Positions 31,508 through 41,190 of a stretch of DNA of 64,000 bases are shown piece by piece (the first letter of the stretch is position 1; the number at the start of each line of letters is the position of its first letter). The notes below the pieces were generated by a model that did no database searches, was not told where the DNA came from, and worked only from the letters and a program-made list of their open reading frames with translations. Made by a program: the position numbers and the translations under genes. The stretch is from assembly GCA_039798785.1 (NCBI GenBank), contig JBDKFG010000009.1:1-64000 (forward strand). Direction: 5' to 3'. Source of the DNA: Verrucomicrobiota bacterium (lineage in GTDB: Bacteria; Verrucomicrobiota; Lentisphaeria; Lentisphaerales; Lentisphaeraceae).

Positions 31508-33565
31508 ATGCGCATGGAATTGCCGAAACAGCTGCAGGGGGTTTTTGAAGCTGCGATGACGGCGCGGGACGGCGACGGCGAAGCTGCCGGGCTGGATCGC
31601 CTCGAGGATGGCTGGCCCTACAGCCTGGACGAGCTCATCGACCAGGGCGGGATGAAGCGGATTTTCAAGTCACTCGACCGCCGCAGCGGCCGCTGGGTGG
31701 CGAGGGCCGAGATGATCCGTCCGGAGCGGGATGCTCTTCGCTTTCTCCGCGAGGCCCGCCTCACCGCGCAACTCGAGCATCCCAACATCATGCCGATCTA
31801 CGAGATCGGCCTCACCCCCGGCGGCGCCCCCTATTTTACCATGAAGCTGTGCGATGGACGCAGCCTCGAGGACATCCTGAAGGAGCTCCGCGGCGGCGGC
31901 GATCCGGCCGCCTTCCCGCTTGAGAAGAGGCTCGAGATCTTCATCCGTGTCCTCGACGGCGTCGCTTCGGCCCACCAGGCGGGCGTCATCCATCTCGACC
32001 TCAAACCCGCCAACATCCAGGTCAGCCTGCACGGCGACGTCCTGGTGTGCGACTGGGGCCTGGCTCGGGTCCTCGACGAGATCTGTGAAGATCCCGGCCT
32101 GCTTGAACATTCGATCGACAGCGAGGAGCTGCGGACCCTGACCTCCCACGGCTTCATCAAAGGCAGTCCGGGCTACATGTCGCCGGAGCAGGCCGGCGGC
32201 CCGCAGGTCCCGAAGGACCAGCGCAGCGATATCTTCTCCCTCGGCGCGATCCTTCACGCGCTGCTCTGCTTCCATCCGCCCTTCGAGGGAAGCGCCGAGG
32301 AGATCATACGCGCCACCCGTGCCGCAAGGATTCTCCCACTCGGCCGCTATCGGCCTGGGCTCACCATTCCCGCCAGTCTCGAGGCGGTCTGCCTCAAGGC
32401 GATGGCACTCGATCCCGCCGAACGCTACGCCAGCGTCGACCAGATGCGCCAGGAGATCGATGCCTACCGCCACGGCTTCGCCACCGAGGCCGAGCAGGCT
32501 TCGCCTCTGAAGCTGCTGCTTCTGGCGGTGCGGCGCCACCAGGTCGAAAGCCTGCTTCTGGTCACCTGCCTGGCTGTGGTCGCGGTGAGCGTCCAGGGCC
32601 ATATCAGCAAACTCCGCGACAAGGAGGCGGAAACCCGCGCCGCCCTGGCCCGTGCAGTGGCCAGCGAAAGCCGCCTCCAGAGCGAGGTCGAACGCAACCG
32701 TCTGCTCGGCAGGGAATCGGCGCCCCGCCACCTGAAGAAGGCCCTCGATGCCGAACTCGCCTATGACTTCAAGACCGCCAGGGACTTCGCCAACATGGCG
32801 GTCGACCTCGACCCGGAGTTGACCCAGGCCTGGGGGACCAAGGGACTGATGCACTTCGTCAACCAGGAGTTTTCCGCCTCCGCCGAGGCCTACAGGCACT
32901 TCGGCGGCAAGCATACCTACATGGAGGAATGGGCTCGGGAATTCGCCGCTTACAAGCCCGACAAGCAGGCGTTCCTTCCCGCCGACAAGTGGCTGGATCT
33001 CTACATGCGCCTGAAGGCCCGGAACAATTATGTCGCCGACCGCCTCCTCCATTGCTTCCTCCACGCCCAGCCCAGCCCCCCTCTGCCCCTCCGAGTGAGT
33101 ATTGTCGAGTCCGTCACCCGCTCCTGGAACCCTGGCAGCTCCTTCCGTTGCGAGTTCGACGGGGTCGAGCTCAAGATCGCCGACAGGAAGAACGTCTCAT
33201 GGCTCTACGCCTTGCAAGGCTTCCCGGCGAAGAAGCTCGACCTTAGCGGCTCCCAGATCGAACACCTCAACTCCTTGCGGGGCATGCCGCTCGAAGAGCT
33301 CGACCTGAGCCGTACTCGGCCCCACGACCTCTCTCCCTTGGCTAAACTCCCGCTGACCCGCCTGAATCTCTCCGGATGCAAGATCCTCTCCCTCGCTCCG
33401 CTGCAACAGCTGCCTCTCCGTGAACTCGATCTCCGCAATTGCCGCGACCTGAAATTGGATCAGCTCGCCGGCTGCCGGTACCTCCGCCGCGTCCACCTCA
33501 GCCGCGGCCAAGACTTCGAGACGGTCAAGAACTTGCTGCCCGGAGTGGAATGGCTGCTGCAATGA
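31508..33565 (+). CDS. Hanks-type Ser/Thr kinase with TM, TPR-like segment and C-terminal LRRs
   Basis: RFLREA, HPNI, HLDLKPAN, DWGLA, GSPGYMSPEQ, DIFSLG; LxxLDLS repeats. Confidence 0.92.
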   Translation: MRMELPKQLQGVFEAAMTARDGDGEAAGLDRLEDGWPYSLDELIDQGGMKRIFKSLDRRSGRWVARAEMIRPERDALRFLREARLTAQLEHPNIMPIYEIGLTPGGAPYFTMKLCDGRSLEDILKELRGGGDPAAFPLEKRLEIFIRVLDGVASAHQAGVIHLDLKPANIQVSLHGDVLVCDWGLARVLDEICEDPGLLEHSIDSEELRTLTSHGFIKGSPGYMSPEQAGGPQVPKDQRSDIFSLGAILHALLCFHPPFEGSAEEIIRATRAARILPLGRYRPGLTIPASLEAVCLKAMALDPAERYASVDQMRQEIDAYRHGFATEAEQASPLKLLLLAVRRHQVESLLLVTCLAVVAVSVQGHISKLRDKEAETRAALARAVASESRLQSEVERNRLLGRESAPRHLKKALDAELAYDFKTARDFANMAVDLDPELTQAWGTKGLMHFVNQEFSASAEAYRHFGGKHTYMEEWAREFAAYKPDKQAFLPADKWLDLYMRLKARNNYVADRLLHCFLHAQPSPPLPLRVSIVESVTRSWNPGSSFRCEFDGVELKIADRKNVSWLYALQGFPAKKLDLSGSQIEHLNSLRGMPLEELDLSRTRPHDLSPLAKLPLTRLNLSGCKILSLAPLQQLPLRELDLRNCRDLKLDQLAGCRYLRRVHLSRGQDFETVKNLLPGVEWLLQ

Positions 33566-33639
33566 TGGATTTCCCTAAAGCTTGGAACAAAATCCCATTC
33601 TTTACCGTCGGAATGCGACAGCCCGCAAGGAACCCAGAC

Positions 33640-35592
33640 ATGAAAGTCCTCACGATCCAGTCCGCCGCCTTCGCATTTTGCCTCGCCTCCTGCGTCGCCG
33701 GTCCATCGGTGCCGCCGCCCGCCCCCTTCGGCGCCACCCCGACCCCGGCCCAGGTCAAGCACGCCGAACGCGCCTTCTACGCCTTCTGCCACTTCACTGT
33801 CGACACCTTCACCGGCCGCGAATGGGGAACCGGAGGGGAATCGGAAAGCGTCTTCAATCCCAGCGCCTTCGACGCCCGCCAGATCGTCCGCAGCATCAAG
33901 GCCTCCGGAGCCAAAGGCGTCATCCTCACCTGCAAGCACCACGACGGCTTCTGCCTCTGGCCCTCGTCCACCACCGAGCACGACATCAGCGCCAGCCCCT
34001 ACAAGGACGGCAAGGGCGACATCGTCCGGGAATTCGCCGACGCCTGCCAGGCCGAGGACTTCGAATTCGGCGTCTACGTCTCGCCCTGGGACCGCAACCA
34101 CAAGACCTACGGCACGCCCGAATATCTCGCCGTCTATCGCAAGCAGATCGAGGAGCTCTGCAGCCTCTACGGCAAGCTCTTCGAGATCTGGTTCGACGGC
34201 GCCAACGGCGGCACCGGCTATTACCAGGGCAAGGTCGGGCCGGTCGAGTCGCAGGACGTCAAGCACCGCCGCAACGTCGATCGCGGCAGCTATTACGACT
34301 GGCCGGGGACCTGGAAGGTCGCCACCGGCCTCCAGCCCGGCATCATCATCTTCTCCGACATCGGCCCGGGGGTCCGCTGGGTCGGCAACGAGCATGGCCA
34401 TGCGCCTGATCCCTGTCGCGCCACCATCGACCTCCTGCCCACCGACGGCGTCGGCCAGATCGACTCGCGCAAGCTCGGCACCGGCCACCTCCACGGCAGC
34501 CACTGGGTGCCCGCCGAGGTCGACGTCTCGATCCGCCCCGGCTGGTTCTGGCACGAGGACCAGAACGGCCGCGTGCGCAGTCCGCAAAACCTGATGCAGA
34601 TCTACCTGGACTCGGTCGGCCACGGCGCCACCTTCAACCTCAACGTGCCGCCCGACCGCCGCGGCCTCGTCCACGAGAACGACGTCGCCAGCCTGCAGCA
34701 GTTCGGCGAGCACCTCAGGCAGACCTTCGCCCGCAACCTCGCCCAGGGCGCCAAGGCGAGTGCCAGCAATGTCCGCGGCCAGGATCCCTTCTACGGACCG
34801 CAGAAGCTGCTCGACGCCGACCTGTGGAGCGCCTGGATCACCGATGACGCCGCCAAGACCGCGGAGGCGGTCTTCGAGCTCGACGGAGCCCAGACCTTCA
34901 ACCTCATCCGCCTGCGCGAGGACATCCGCCTCGGCCTGCGCGTCGAAGGCCTCGCCATCGACGCCTTCGAGAACGGCGCATGGAAGGAGATCGCCAAGGC
35001 CGAGTCGATCGGCTCCTGCCACCTCTGGCGCGTGCCCAAGACCACCACCGGCAAGGTCCGCATCCGCGTCACCGCCGCCGGCGCCTGCCCCGCCCTCTCC
35101 GACTTCGGCCTCTACCTCGAACCCGAGTTCCCCGCCTGGGTGCCGCCCGTCGGCGGCGATCCCAAGGCCCTCGCCAAGGCCAAGTGGAAGATCCTCGGCT
35201 GCAGCTCCCAGGCCGAAGGCGGCGAGGCGCGGAACGCCATCGACGGCAATGCCGCCACCCTCTGGCATACCCACGGCAAGGACGGCGAAAGCGGCCTGCC
35301 GCAATCGATCAGTGTCGACCTCGGCGAAGTCAAGAAGCTCAAGGGCTTCACCTGCACTCCTCGGACCGGCGTCCTGCACGGCGTCGTCGACCAGTACCGC
35401 TTCGAACTCTCGCTCGACGGCAAGTCCTGGAGCCTCGCCGCCGAGGGCGAATTCGGCAACCTGCGCGCCAACCCGGTGGAGCAGAGCGTCGGCTTCGCCC
35501 CCGCCCAGGCCCGCTACTTCCGCTTCACCGCCAGGCACGCGCTGGAGAAGGACCACGCCGCCATCGCCGAGATCGGGGTGATCGAGGACTGA
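33640..35592 (+). CDS. Alpha-L-fucosidase (GH29) with C-terminal F5/8 type C (CBM32-like) modules
   Basis: FNPSAFD, KHHDGFCLWPS, YVSPWDRN, EIWFDGANG, RWVGNE, EVDVSIRPGWFWH; AIDGN..T.WH. Confidence 0.93.
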   Translation: MKVLTIQSAAFAFCLASCVAGPSVPPPAPFGATPTPAQVKHAERAFYAFCHFTVDTFTGREWGTGGESESVFNPSAFDARQIVRSIKASGAKGVILTCKHHDGFCLWPSSTTEHDISASPYKDGKGDIVREFADACQAEDFEFGVYVSPWDRNHKTYGTPEYLAVYRKQIEELCSLYGKLFEIWFDGANGGTGYYQGKVGPVESQDVKHRRNVDRGSYYDWPGTWKVATGLQPGIIIFSDIGPGVRWVGNEHGHAPDPCRATIDLLPTDGVGQIDSRKLGTGHLHGSHWVPAEVDVSIRPGWFWHEDQNGRVRSPQNLMQIYLDSVGHGATFNLNVPPDRRGLVHENDVASLQQFGEHLRQTFARNLAQGAKASASNVRGQDPFYGPQKLLDADLWSAWITDDAAKTAEAVFELDGAQTFNLIRLREDIRLGLRVEGLAIDAFENGAWKEIAKAESIGSCHLWRVPKTTTGKVRIRVTAAGACPALSDFGLYLEPEFPAWVPPVGGDPKALAKAKWKILGCSSQAEGGEARNAIDGNAATLWHTHGKDGESGLPQSISVDLGEVKKLKGFTCTPRTGVLHGVVDQYRFELSLDGKSWSLAAEGEFGNLRANPVEQSVGFAPAQARYFRFTARHALEKDHAAIAEIGVIED

Positions 35593-35732
35593 GATCCTGG
35601 CGGCGGACGGCTGGGTGAGGGCGCTTTTCAGACTTGCTTCCGGCTCTCGACACGACACGTGGCCGGCGTGAAGGCTGCTGGTTTGGGAAGGAGAGATTCT
35701 GCGTGGCACATCTGAAGAAGCGAAGGCGAAAG

Positions 35733-36746
35733 TCAGTCCGCAGGATCCGCGTTGTACGAAAGAGGCTCCCATTCGCCCGTTCCGAGGATGAGGGAGATCA
35801 GAGACCCGAGGGATGTGCCGCAGACCTCGAGGCAGGCCGCGGCGCCGCCGTCATGCCATTTTGCAGTGCTTGCAAAGGCCTCGAAGCGGCGGCGATCGCC
35901 GCCGAGAAAACTGAGCAGGCGTTCGAGGAGGAGGTGGGCGAGGAAATAGGAGGCGGACATCAGATCCTGGTCTTCCTGCCAGCTCCGGCCGGACCAGAAA
36001 TCCTGGATGCTCCGCTCGTTCCACAAGGAGAGATGTTGGCGCAGCTCGTCGGCGCCGTCGACCAGGTGGAGGGAGCGGCTGCCGAAGCGTCTTTCCACCG
36101 CCATCGCCAGGGCTTCGTCGAGCCAGAGCGGCAGCTGGCGGTGATGAAGGAGTAGGTGGGCGAGTTCATGGATCAGAGTTGCTTCGGCGCTGCCCTGGTA
36201 ACTGCCGTTGATCAGGATGTGGGGGTTGCGACCGCCGCAGAACATCCCGCCGGAGAGGAGTGGATGGCCGTTCTCGAAGGATTCGACGTAGCGGTAGTAG
36301 AGCTCGTGATCGGTGAAGAGGAGGACGACGATGAAGCCGCAGCCTTGGGGCTTGAAGAGGCTCGGGAAGTCGTGGTTCATCTCGCCGATGATTTTGGCGG
36401 CCAGGTCCATCAGGAGGCGGCGTTTGCCGTCGTTTTCCGTCGGCGGCGCCGCGAGGAGGAACCAGCATTCGGGCTGGTGCGACAGGGTCCAGGACTCGCC
36501 GAAAACAGGGAGAAGGGCTTCCAGCCACTGCAATTGCGCCGTCTGGAAGATCAGCTCCCGCTTGCGTTCATCGGATTCTGCTTCCGCCAGGGGCCAGAGG
36601 CCGTGGAGATCGAGATGGGGAAAACCGCCGCGGAGGCTCAGCGACACCTCGGGCATGGGAATGCCTTCGCGCTGGCAAAGATCGGCAGCCCGCGGCGCTA
36701 GGCAGATCGGGCTTTTGACGAACAGGCTGCGGAGGAAGGAGAGCAT
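35733..36746 (-). CDS. Hypothetical protein with HEXXH gluzincin-like motif
   Basis: LIHELAH...LPLWLDEALA; SGGMF. Confidence 0.65.
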   Translation of the reverse strand: MLSFLRSLFVKSPICLAPRAADLCQREGIPMPEVSLSLRGGFPHLDLHGLWPLAEAESDERKRELIFQTAQLQWLEALLPVFGESWTLSHQPECWFLLAAPPTENDGKRRLLMDLAAKIIGEMNHDFPSLFKPQGCGFIVVLLFTDHELYYRYVESFENGHPLLSGGMFCGGRNPHILINGSYQGSAEATLIHELAHLLLHHRQLPLWLDEALAMAVERRFGSRSLHLVDGADELRQHLSLWNERSIQDFWSGRSWQEDQDLMSASYFLAHLLLERLLSFLGGDRRRFEAFASTAKWHDGGAAACLEVCGTSLGSLISLILGTGEWEPLSYNADPAD

Positions 36747-36830
36747 GGCAGGGATTTGTGGGTTTGGCGTTTACGGAAAAATCTCTTCAGTCACTTCCGA
36801 GTCATCCGTGTTTTCCGTCGTCGCGAAAGC

Positions 36831-38153
36831 TCAGGCCAGGTCGTCCGAGTTGACGCTTTCCGGCGCCAGGCCGGCGAGGACTTCACCGACGAGGTAGAGC
36901 GAGCCGAAGACGAGGGTGAGGGCGTCCTTTTTGGCGAGGGTGACGGCGAGGGCGTCCTGCCAGCGCGGGTAGGCGGCGACCGGGCAGGAGAGGACGGCGC
37001 GGGCCCGTTCGGCGAAGGTTTCCGGGGCGAGGGCGCGGGGGTTGTTGACGCCGACGCAGCTGAGGCTGGCGGCCTTGGGTCCGATGGCGGCGAGGAGAGC
37101 TTCGAGGTCCTTGTCGGCCATCATGCCGCAGACGAGGTGGAATTTCTGGCCGAGGAAGGCGTCGGAGAGGGAGCGGGAGAGCGACTGGATGCCGTCGGCG
37201 TTGTGGGCGCCGTCGACGAGGAGGCGGCCCTTTTCGAGCACTTGCAGGCGTCCCGGCAGGCGGGCGTGGACGAGGGCGGCGAAGGCGCGGTCGAGGTCGG
37301 GAAGGAGGCCTTGTTCGGCGAGGATTTCGAGGGCGGCGGCGGCGCAGGCGGCGTTGTCGAGCTGGTGCAGGCCGCCCATCGAGATGGCGAATTGGCGGCG
37401 GCCGGCGCGGCCTTCGAAGTCGAGCGATTGCGAGAAGCCGTCGGGGCCGAAGCCCTTGCGGTAGCGGCGGAGGCTGAAGTCGCGGTCGAGCTGGCGGACG
37501 TCGCTGCCGAGTTCGGCGGCGCGGGCGTGGATGACCTGGCGGGCCTCGGCGTGGTTGACGCCGCAGACCAGCGGCACGCCCGGCTTGAGGATGCCCGCTT
37601 TTTCGGCGGCGATCTTGGCGTGGGTGTCGCCGAGATACTGCATGTGATCGAGGCCGATGTTGGTGATCACGGTGAGGAGCGGCGTGACGATGTTGGTGGC
37701 GTCGAGGCGGCCGCCGAGGCCGGTCTCCCAGATCACCAGTTGGCAGCCGGCTTCTTCGAAGACGAGCAGCGCGGCGGCGGTGATCGCCTCGAAATAACTC
37801 GGGCGGACGCCGGAAATCCGGACCACTTCCGGCTCGAGCGCCATCACCTTCGAAATCGCCCGTTGGAAGGCGTCGGGCGGCATCGGCTTGCCATCGATGC
37901 GGCAGCGTTCATGGAAGTCGACGAGGAAGGGCGAGGTGTAGAGGCCGGTGCGGAGGCCGCAAAGCTTCGCCGCGGTGGCCAGGTAGGTGCAGGTCGAGCC
38001 CTTGCCGTTGGTGCCGGCGACATGGACGAATTTCAGCCGCGACGCCGGATCGCCCAAGAGGCGGTTCATCAAAAACATGTTGTCGAGGCCGAGCTTCATG
38101 CCGAAGAGCTGCAGCGAATCGAGCCAAGGCTGGATGGTGACGGGTTGCTCCAT
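36831..38153 (-). CDS. folC: Folylpolyglutamate/dihydrofolate synthase
   Basis: HVAGTNGKGS, YTSP, ETGLGGRLDATN, DH..LG, EKAGI, PGR, DGAHN, FGSLYLVG. Confidence 0.95.
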   Translation of the reverse strand: MEQPVTIQPWLDSLQLFGMKLGLDNMFLMNRLLGDPASRLKFVHVAGTNGKGSTCTYLATAAKLCGLRTGLYTSPFLVDFHERCRIDGKPMPPDAFQRAISKVMALEPEVVRISGVRPSYFEAITAAALLVFEEAGCQLVIWETGLGGRLDATNIVTPLLTVITNIGLDHMQYLGDTHAKIAAEKAGILKPGVPLVCGVNHAEARQVIHARAAELGSDVRQLDRDFSLRRYRKGFGPDGFSQSLDFEGRAGRRQFAISMGGLHQLDNAACAAAALEILAEQGLLPDLDRAFAALVHARLPGRLQVLEKGRLLVDGAHNADGIQSLSRSLSDAFLGQKFHLVCGMMADKDLEALLAAIGPKAASLSCVGVNNPRALAPETFAERARAVLSCPVAAYPRWQDALAVTLAKKDALTLVFGSLYLVGEVLAGLAPESVNSDDLA

Positions 38154-38168
38154 GATTTCTCCTAACGA

Positions 38169-38330
38169 TTTGAACCACGAATGAAGGCAGGGGGAAGAAC
38201 TGAACAATTTGAACCACGAATGGACACGAATGGACACGAATTTTTTAGGGGAGGGAGGCAGGATGTGATGCTTGGGTGGTCTTCCTGTAGCCTTGTTCTA
38301 TTCGTGTGAATTCGTGTCCATTCGTGGTTC
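38169..38330. repeat. Left decamer-repeat hairpin plus half-site flanking the GxxExxY gene
   Basis: tttgaaccacgaatg (38169); gaaccacgaa-tggacacgaa-tggacacgaat (38211-38241) inverted with attcgtgtgaattcgtgtccattcgtggttc (38300-38330). Confidence 0.9.
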
Positions 38331-38341
38331 CTGAGCTTTTT

Positions 38342-38707
38342 TCATAAAACGATCCGCTCCCATTCGAGGCGGGCGTGTTTGAAGTTGAAGATGACGCCGA
38401 CTTTCAAACCGGTGATTTTGAGATAGTTGATGACCTGGCCGCGCTCGACATCGGTGATCCTGTCGATCGTCTTGGTTTCAACGATGAGCTGCTCAAAGGC
38501 GATCAGATCCGGAATGTACTCTCCGACTTGGATCCCTTTGTAGTCGATCTTGAATCGCCTCTGCTGGCACCAGGGGATGTCACGCTGCTTGAACTCCACC
38601 ACGAGGGCATTTTCATAGGGCTTCTCCAAGAGGCCGTGCCCCAAGATTTTGAGCACTTCAATCGCGGCGCCGACGACGGCATAGACTTCTTCTTTCAGAT
38701 AGAGCAT
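38342..38707 (-). CDS. GxxExxY protein (PD-(D/E)XK-like small nuclease family)
   Basis: GHGLLEKPYENAL, YIPDLI, IVETK, Q.INYLK..G.KVG..FNF. Confidence 0.92.
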   Translation of the reverse strand: MLYLKEEVYAVVGAAIEVLKILGHGLLEKPYENALVVEFKQRDIPWCQQRRFKIDYKGIQVGEYIPDLIAFEQLIVETKTIDRITDVERGQVINYLKITGLKVGVIFNFKHARLEWERIVL

Positions 38708-38730
38708 CGGCAGAACTCCTAACCAAACGA

Positions 38731-38863
38731 TTTGAACCACGAATGGACACGAATGAACACGAATTTTTTATCCATGCAAGACAGTGAAGGCGCAGGCTCA
38801 AAACCTTCTCTCGCTCCTCTGCTCCTCCAAATATTCGTGTCCATTCGTGTCCATTCGTGGTTC
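38731..38863. repeat. Right decamer-repeat hairpin flanking the GxxExxY gene
   Basis: tttgaaccacgaatggacacgaatgaacacgaat (38731-38764) inverted with attcgtgtccattcgtgtccattcgtggttc (38833-38863). Confidence 0.9.
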
Positions 38864-39619
38864 GGCTGCTTCTGTTGCTGCTGCTTTGAGCTTCATCATC
38901 CGCGCTGCGGCGCAGGCGGCGCCGAAGCCGTTGTCGATGTTGACGACGCTGATGCCGCTGGCGCAGGAATTGAGCATGGCGAGGAGGGCGGCCCAGCCGC
39001 CACCGCCGGCGCCGTAGCCGGTGGATGTGGGCACGGCCACCAGGGGGCAGGCGACGAGGCCGCCGAGCACCGAGGGGAGAGCTCCTTCCATTCCGGCGCA
39101 GACGATCAGGAGCTCGGCCTGCTGGAGGCGTGGCAGGGCGGAAGTCAGGCGGTGCAGGCCGGCGACGCCGATGTCGCAGATCAGATCCGCCTCGAAGCCG
39201 AAATAACGCAGGCTGAGCCAGGCTTCGCGGGCCACCGGCAGGTCGCTGGTGCCGGCGCAGACGACGGCGATGCGCGACGCCTTCACTTCAGCGGGGGGGC
39301 GCAGGAGGCAGCGCGACAGGGGGTCGTAATCTAGCCCGAGGCGAAGCGCCAGCTCGGAGCCGACGCCCGCCTCGACCCGGGTGGCGAGGACGCGTCCGGA
39401 GCGTCCGAGGATGGCGGTCGCGGCGGCGGCGATCTGCTCGGCCGTCTTCCCCTGCCCGTAGATCACCTCGGGAAAGCCGCAACGGCGCTCGCGGTCGTGG
39501 TCGAGCAGCAGGCCGTCGAGCGGCTGGCTGAGCAAGGCGGCGAGCCGCGTGGCGGTTTCCTGCGGGTCGGAACCGGCGGAGAGCAGCGTTTTCAGAATGT
39601 CGTCGTGGAGCGAGTGCAT
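38798..39619 (-). CDS. larB: Nickel-pincer cofactor biosynthesis carboxylase LarB (PurE-like)
   Basis: DHDRE.RCGFPEVIYG.GKT, AGTSDLPVA.EA, DIGVAGLHRL, AGMEGALPSV, PTS.GYG, MLNSCA.G..VVNIDNGFGAA. Confidence 0.92.
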   Translation of the reverse strand: MHSLHDDILKTLLSAGSDPQETATRLAALLSQPLDGLLLDHDRERRCGFPEVIYGQGKTAEQIAAAATAILGRSGRVLATRVEAGVGSELALRLGLDYDPLSRCLLRPPAEVKASRIAVVCAGTSDLPVAREAWLSLRYFGFEADLICDIGVAGLHRLTSALPRLQQAELLIVCAGMEGALPSVLGGLVACPLVAVPTSTGYGAGGGGWAALLAMLNSCASGISVVNIDNGFGAACAAARMMKLKAAATEAAEPRMDTNGHEYLEEQRSERRF

Positions 39620-39719
39620 GGGGAGCCCTTATCAATTTGCTAAGGCGGATTATCTTCCATCTACGCCAAATTACACGGGCCGATCGCAAAGTGCGACCGA
39701 CTCTGAATCGGAGAGAATC

Positions 39720-41117
39720 ATGCGTTACATCCCCGTCTTCCTGACTTTGCTGGCTCCCCAGGCCTTCGCCCAGAACGCCAAGCCCGCTCCCATTCCGCCG
39801 GTCGTCGCACCTGCGCCCACCACTCCCGACGGCGCCGCTCGCCCCGCCCAGAAGGGAACTGTCATCGCCCCCGCCCTCGACACCGACCCCGACGTCACCG
39901 CGATGAGCAAGGAGGAGGAGAAGGAGGAGGACCGCAAGAAGAAGCTCAAGGAGCTGGAAGACAAGATGAACGAGGATCCGCCCAAGACCAAGGCGATCCT
40001 GCAGCTCGGCGTCTGCCACTACTACGGCCGCCTGGGCTTGGAGAAGGACGCTGCCAAGGCGGCGGAATTGTGGCGCAAAGGCTCCGATCTGAACGACCGG
40101 GCCTGCATGTTCAATCTCGCCGGCCTGTACTGGAAGGGCGAAGGTGTGGAACGCAGCGCCGACGAAGCTTTGAAGCTCTACCAGAAGGCTGCCGACTTCG
40201 GCTTTATCGACGCCAACATCAATGCCGCCCTGATCCTCGACGGCCGCGGCGAATACGAAAGCGCCCGCCCTTATTTCGACGTCGCGGTCCGCGAGAAGCG
40301 CGACATGCGGGCGGTGAAGCGGCTCGCCGCCTATGCCGAGCAGGGCCTCGGCGGCCCCAAGGATCTGATCGAGGCCGGCAAGCTCTACCGCGTCGCAGCG
40401 GAGAACGGCGACTCCTTCTCGCAGCTCAAGATGGCCGACTTCTACGTCAACGGCACCGGCATGTCGGAACCCAATCCGCAGGAAGCGATGCAATGGGTGA
40501 TGCGCGCCGCCGACAACGGCGCACCAGAAGCCGAGGCCCGCATGGGATGGTGCTACCAGAACGGCCAGGGAGTCCGCAAGGACAACCAGGTCGGCTTCCG
40601 CTGGTTGATGCGTGCCGCGGAACAGAACTTCTCCCCTGCCCAAGTCGCCGTCGGCAACTGCTACGCCGTCGGACGCGGCGTGCCCTCCGACATGACCGAG
40701 GCGGTGCGATGGTATGAAAAGGCGTCGAAGGACAAGAACCCCCAAGGGCTCTACAACCTAGGCGCTTGCAAGGCCAACGGCAATGGCTGCAAGGCCGACA
40801 TGGCGGAAGCTATGAAGCTCTACCGCCAGGCCGCCGAAGCCGGCTACGCTCAGGCGCAGTTCGTCCTCGGCCGGATGTACCTCGAAGGCAAGGAGCTGAA
40901 GCAGGACTTGGTGATGGCTCAGTCGCTCATCCAGCAAGCAGCCCTGCAGGATCATCCCGACGCCTTGTGCGAGCTCGGCCGCTGCTATCTCCTCGGCATC
41001 GGGGTCAAGATCGACCTCGCCCAGGCCGAGAAGTTCCTCTTGAAAAGCGCGGAATTCGGCTCCGAGGAGGGCTACTCCCTATACCAGAAAAATTTCGTCA
41101 AGCCAGCCCCGCGCTGA
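39720..41117 (+). CDS. Exported Sel1-repeat protein
   Basis: Signal peptide; multiple LG..Y..G.GV..D...A..W...AA repeats. Confidence 0.9.
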   Translation: MRYIPVFLTLLAPQAFAQNAKPAPIPPVVAPAPTTPDGAARPAQKGTVIAPALDTDPDVTAMSKEEEKEEDRKKKLKELEDKMNEDPPKTKAILQLGVCHYYGRLGLEKDAAKAAELWRKGSDLNDRACMFNLAGLYWKGEGVERSADEALKLYQKAADFGFIDANINAALILDGRGEYESARPYFDVAVREKRDMRAVKRLAAYAEQGLGGPKDLIEAGKLYRVAAENGDSFSQLKMADFYVNGTGMSEPNPQEAMQWVMRAADNGAPEAEARMGWCYQNGQGVRKDNQVGFRWLMRAAEQNFSPAQVAVGNCYAVGRGVPSDMTEAVRWYEKASKDKNPQGLYNLGACKANGNGCKADMAEAMKLYRQAAEAGYAQAQFVLGRMYLEGKELKQDLVMAQSLIQQAALQDHPDALCELGRCYLLGIGVKIDLAQAEKFLLKSAEFGSEEGYSLYQKNFVKPAPR

Positions 41118-41190
41118 GTGTCATCGGACGATGCCAATCGCGAAAGCGGCATAGAATTGTCGCCGACACCCAACTCCACGGAACCTCAAC

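Noticed and set aside
38169..38863. Possible CRISPR array
   Set aside because: The repeats are short tandem decamers in inverted orientation, not 25-40-bp direct repeats with regular spacers; no cas genes are present
38798..39619. Complete lactate racemase (lar) cluster
   Set aside because: Only larB is present; no larA, larC or larE in the window
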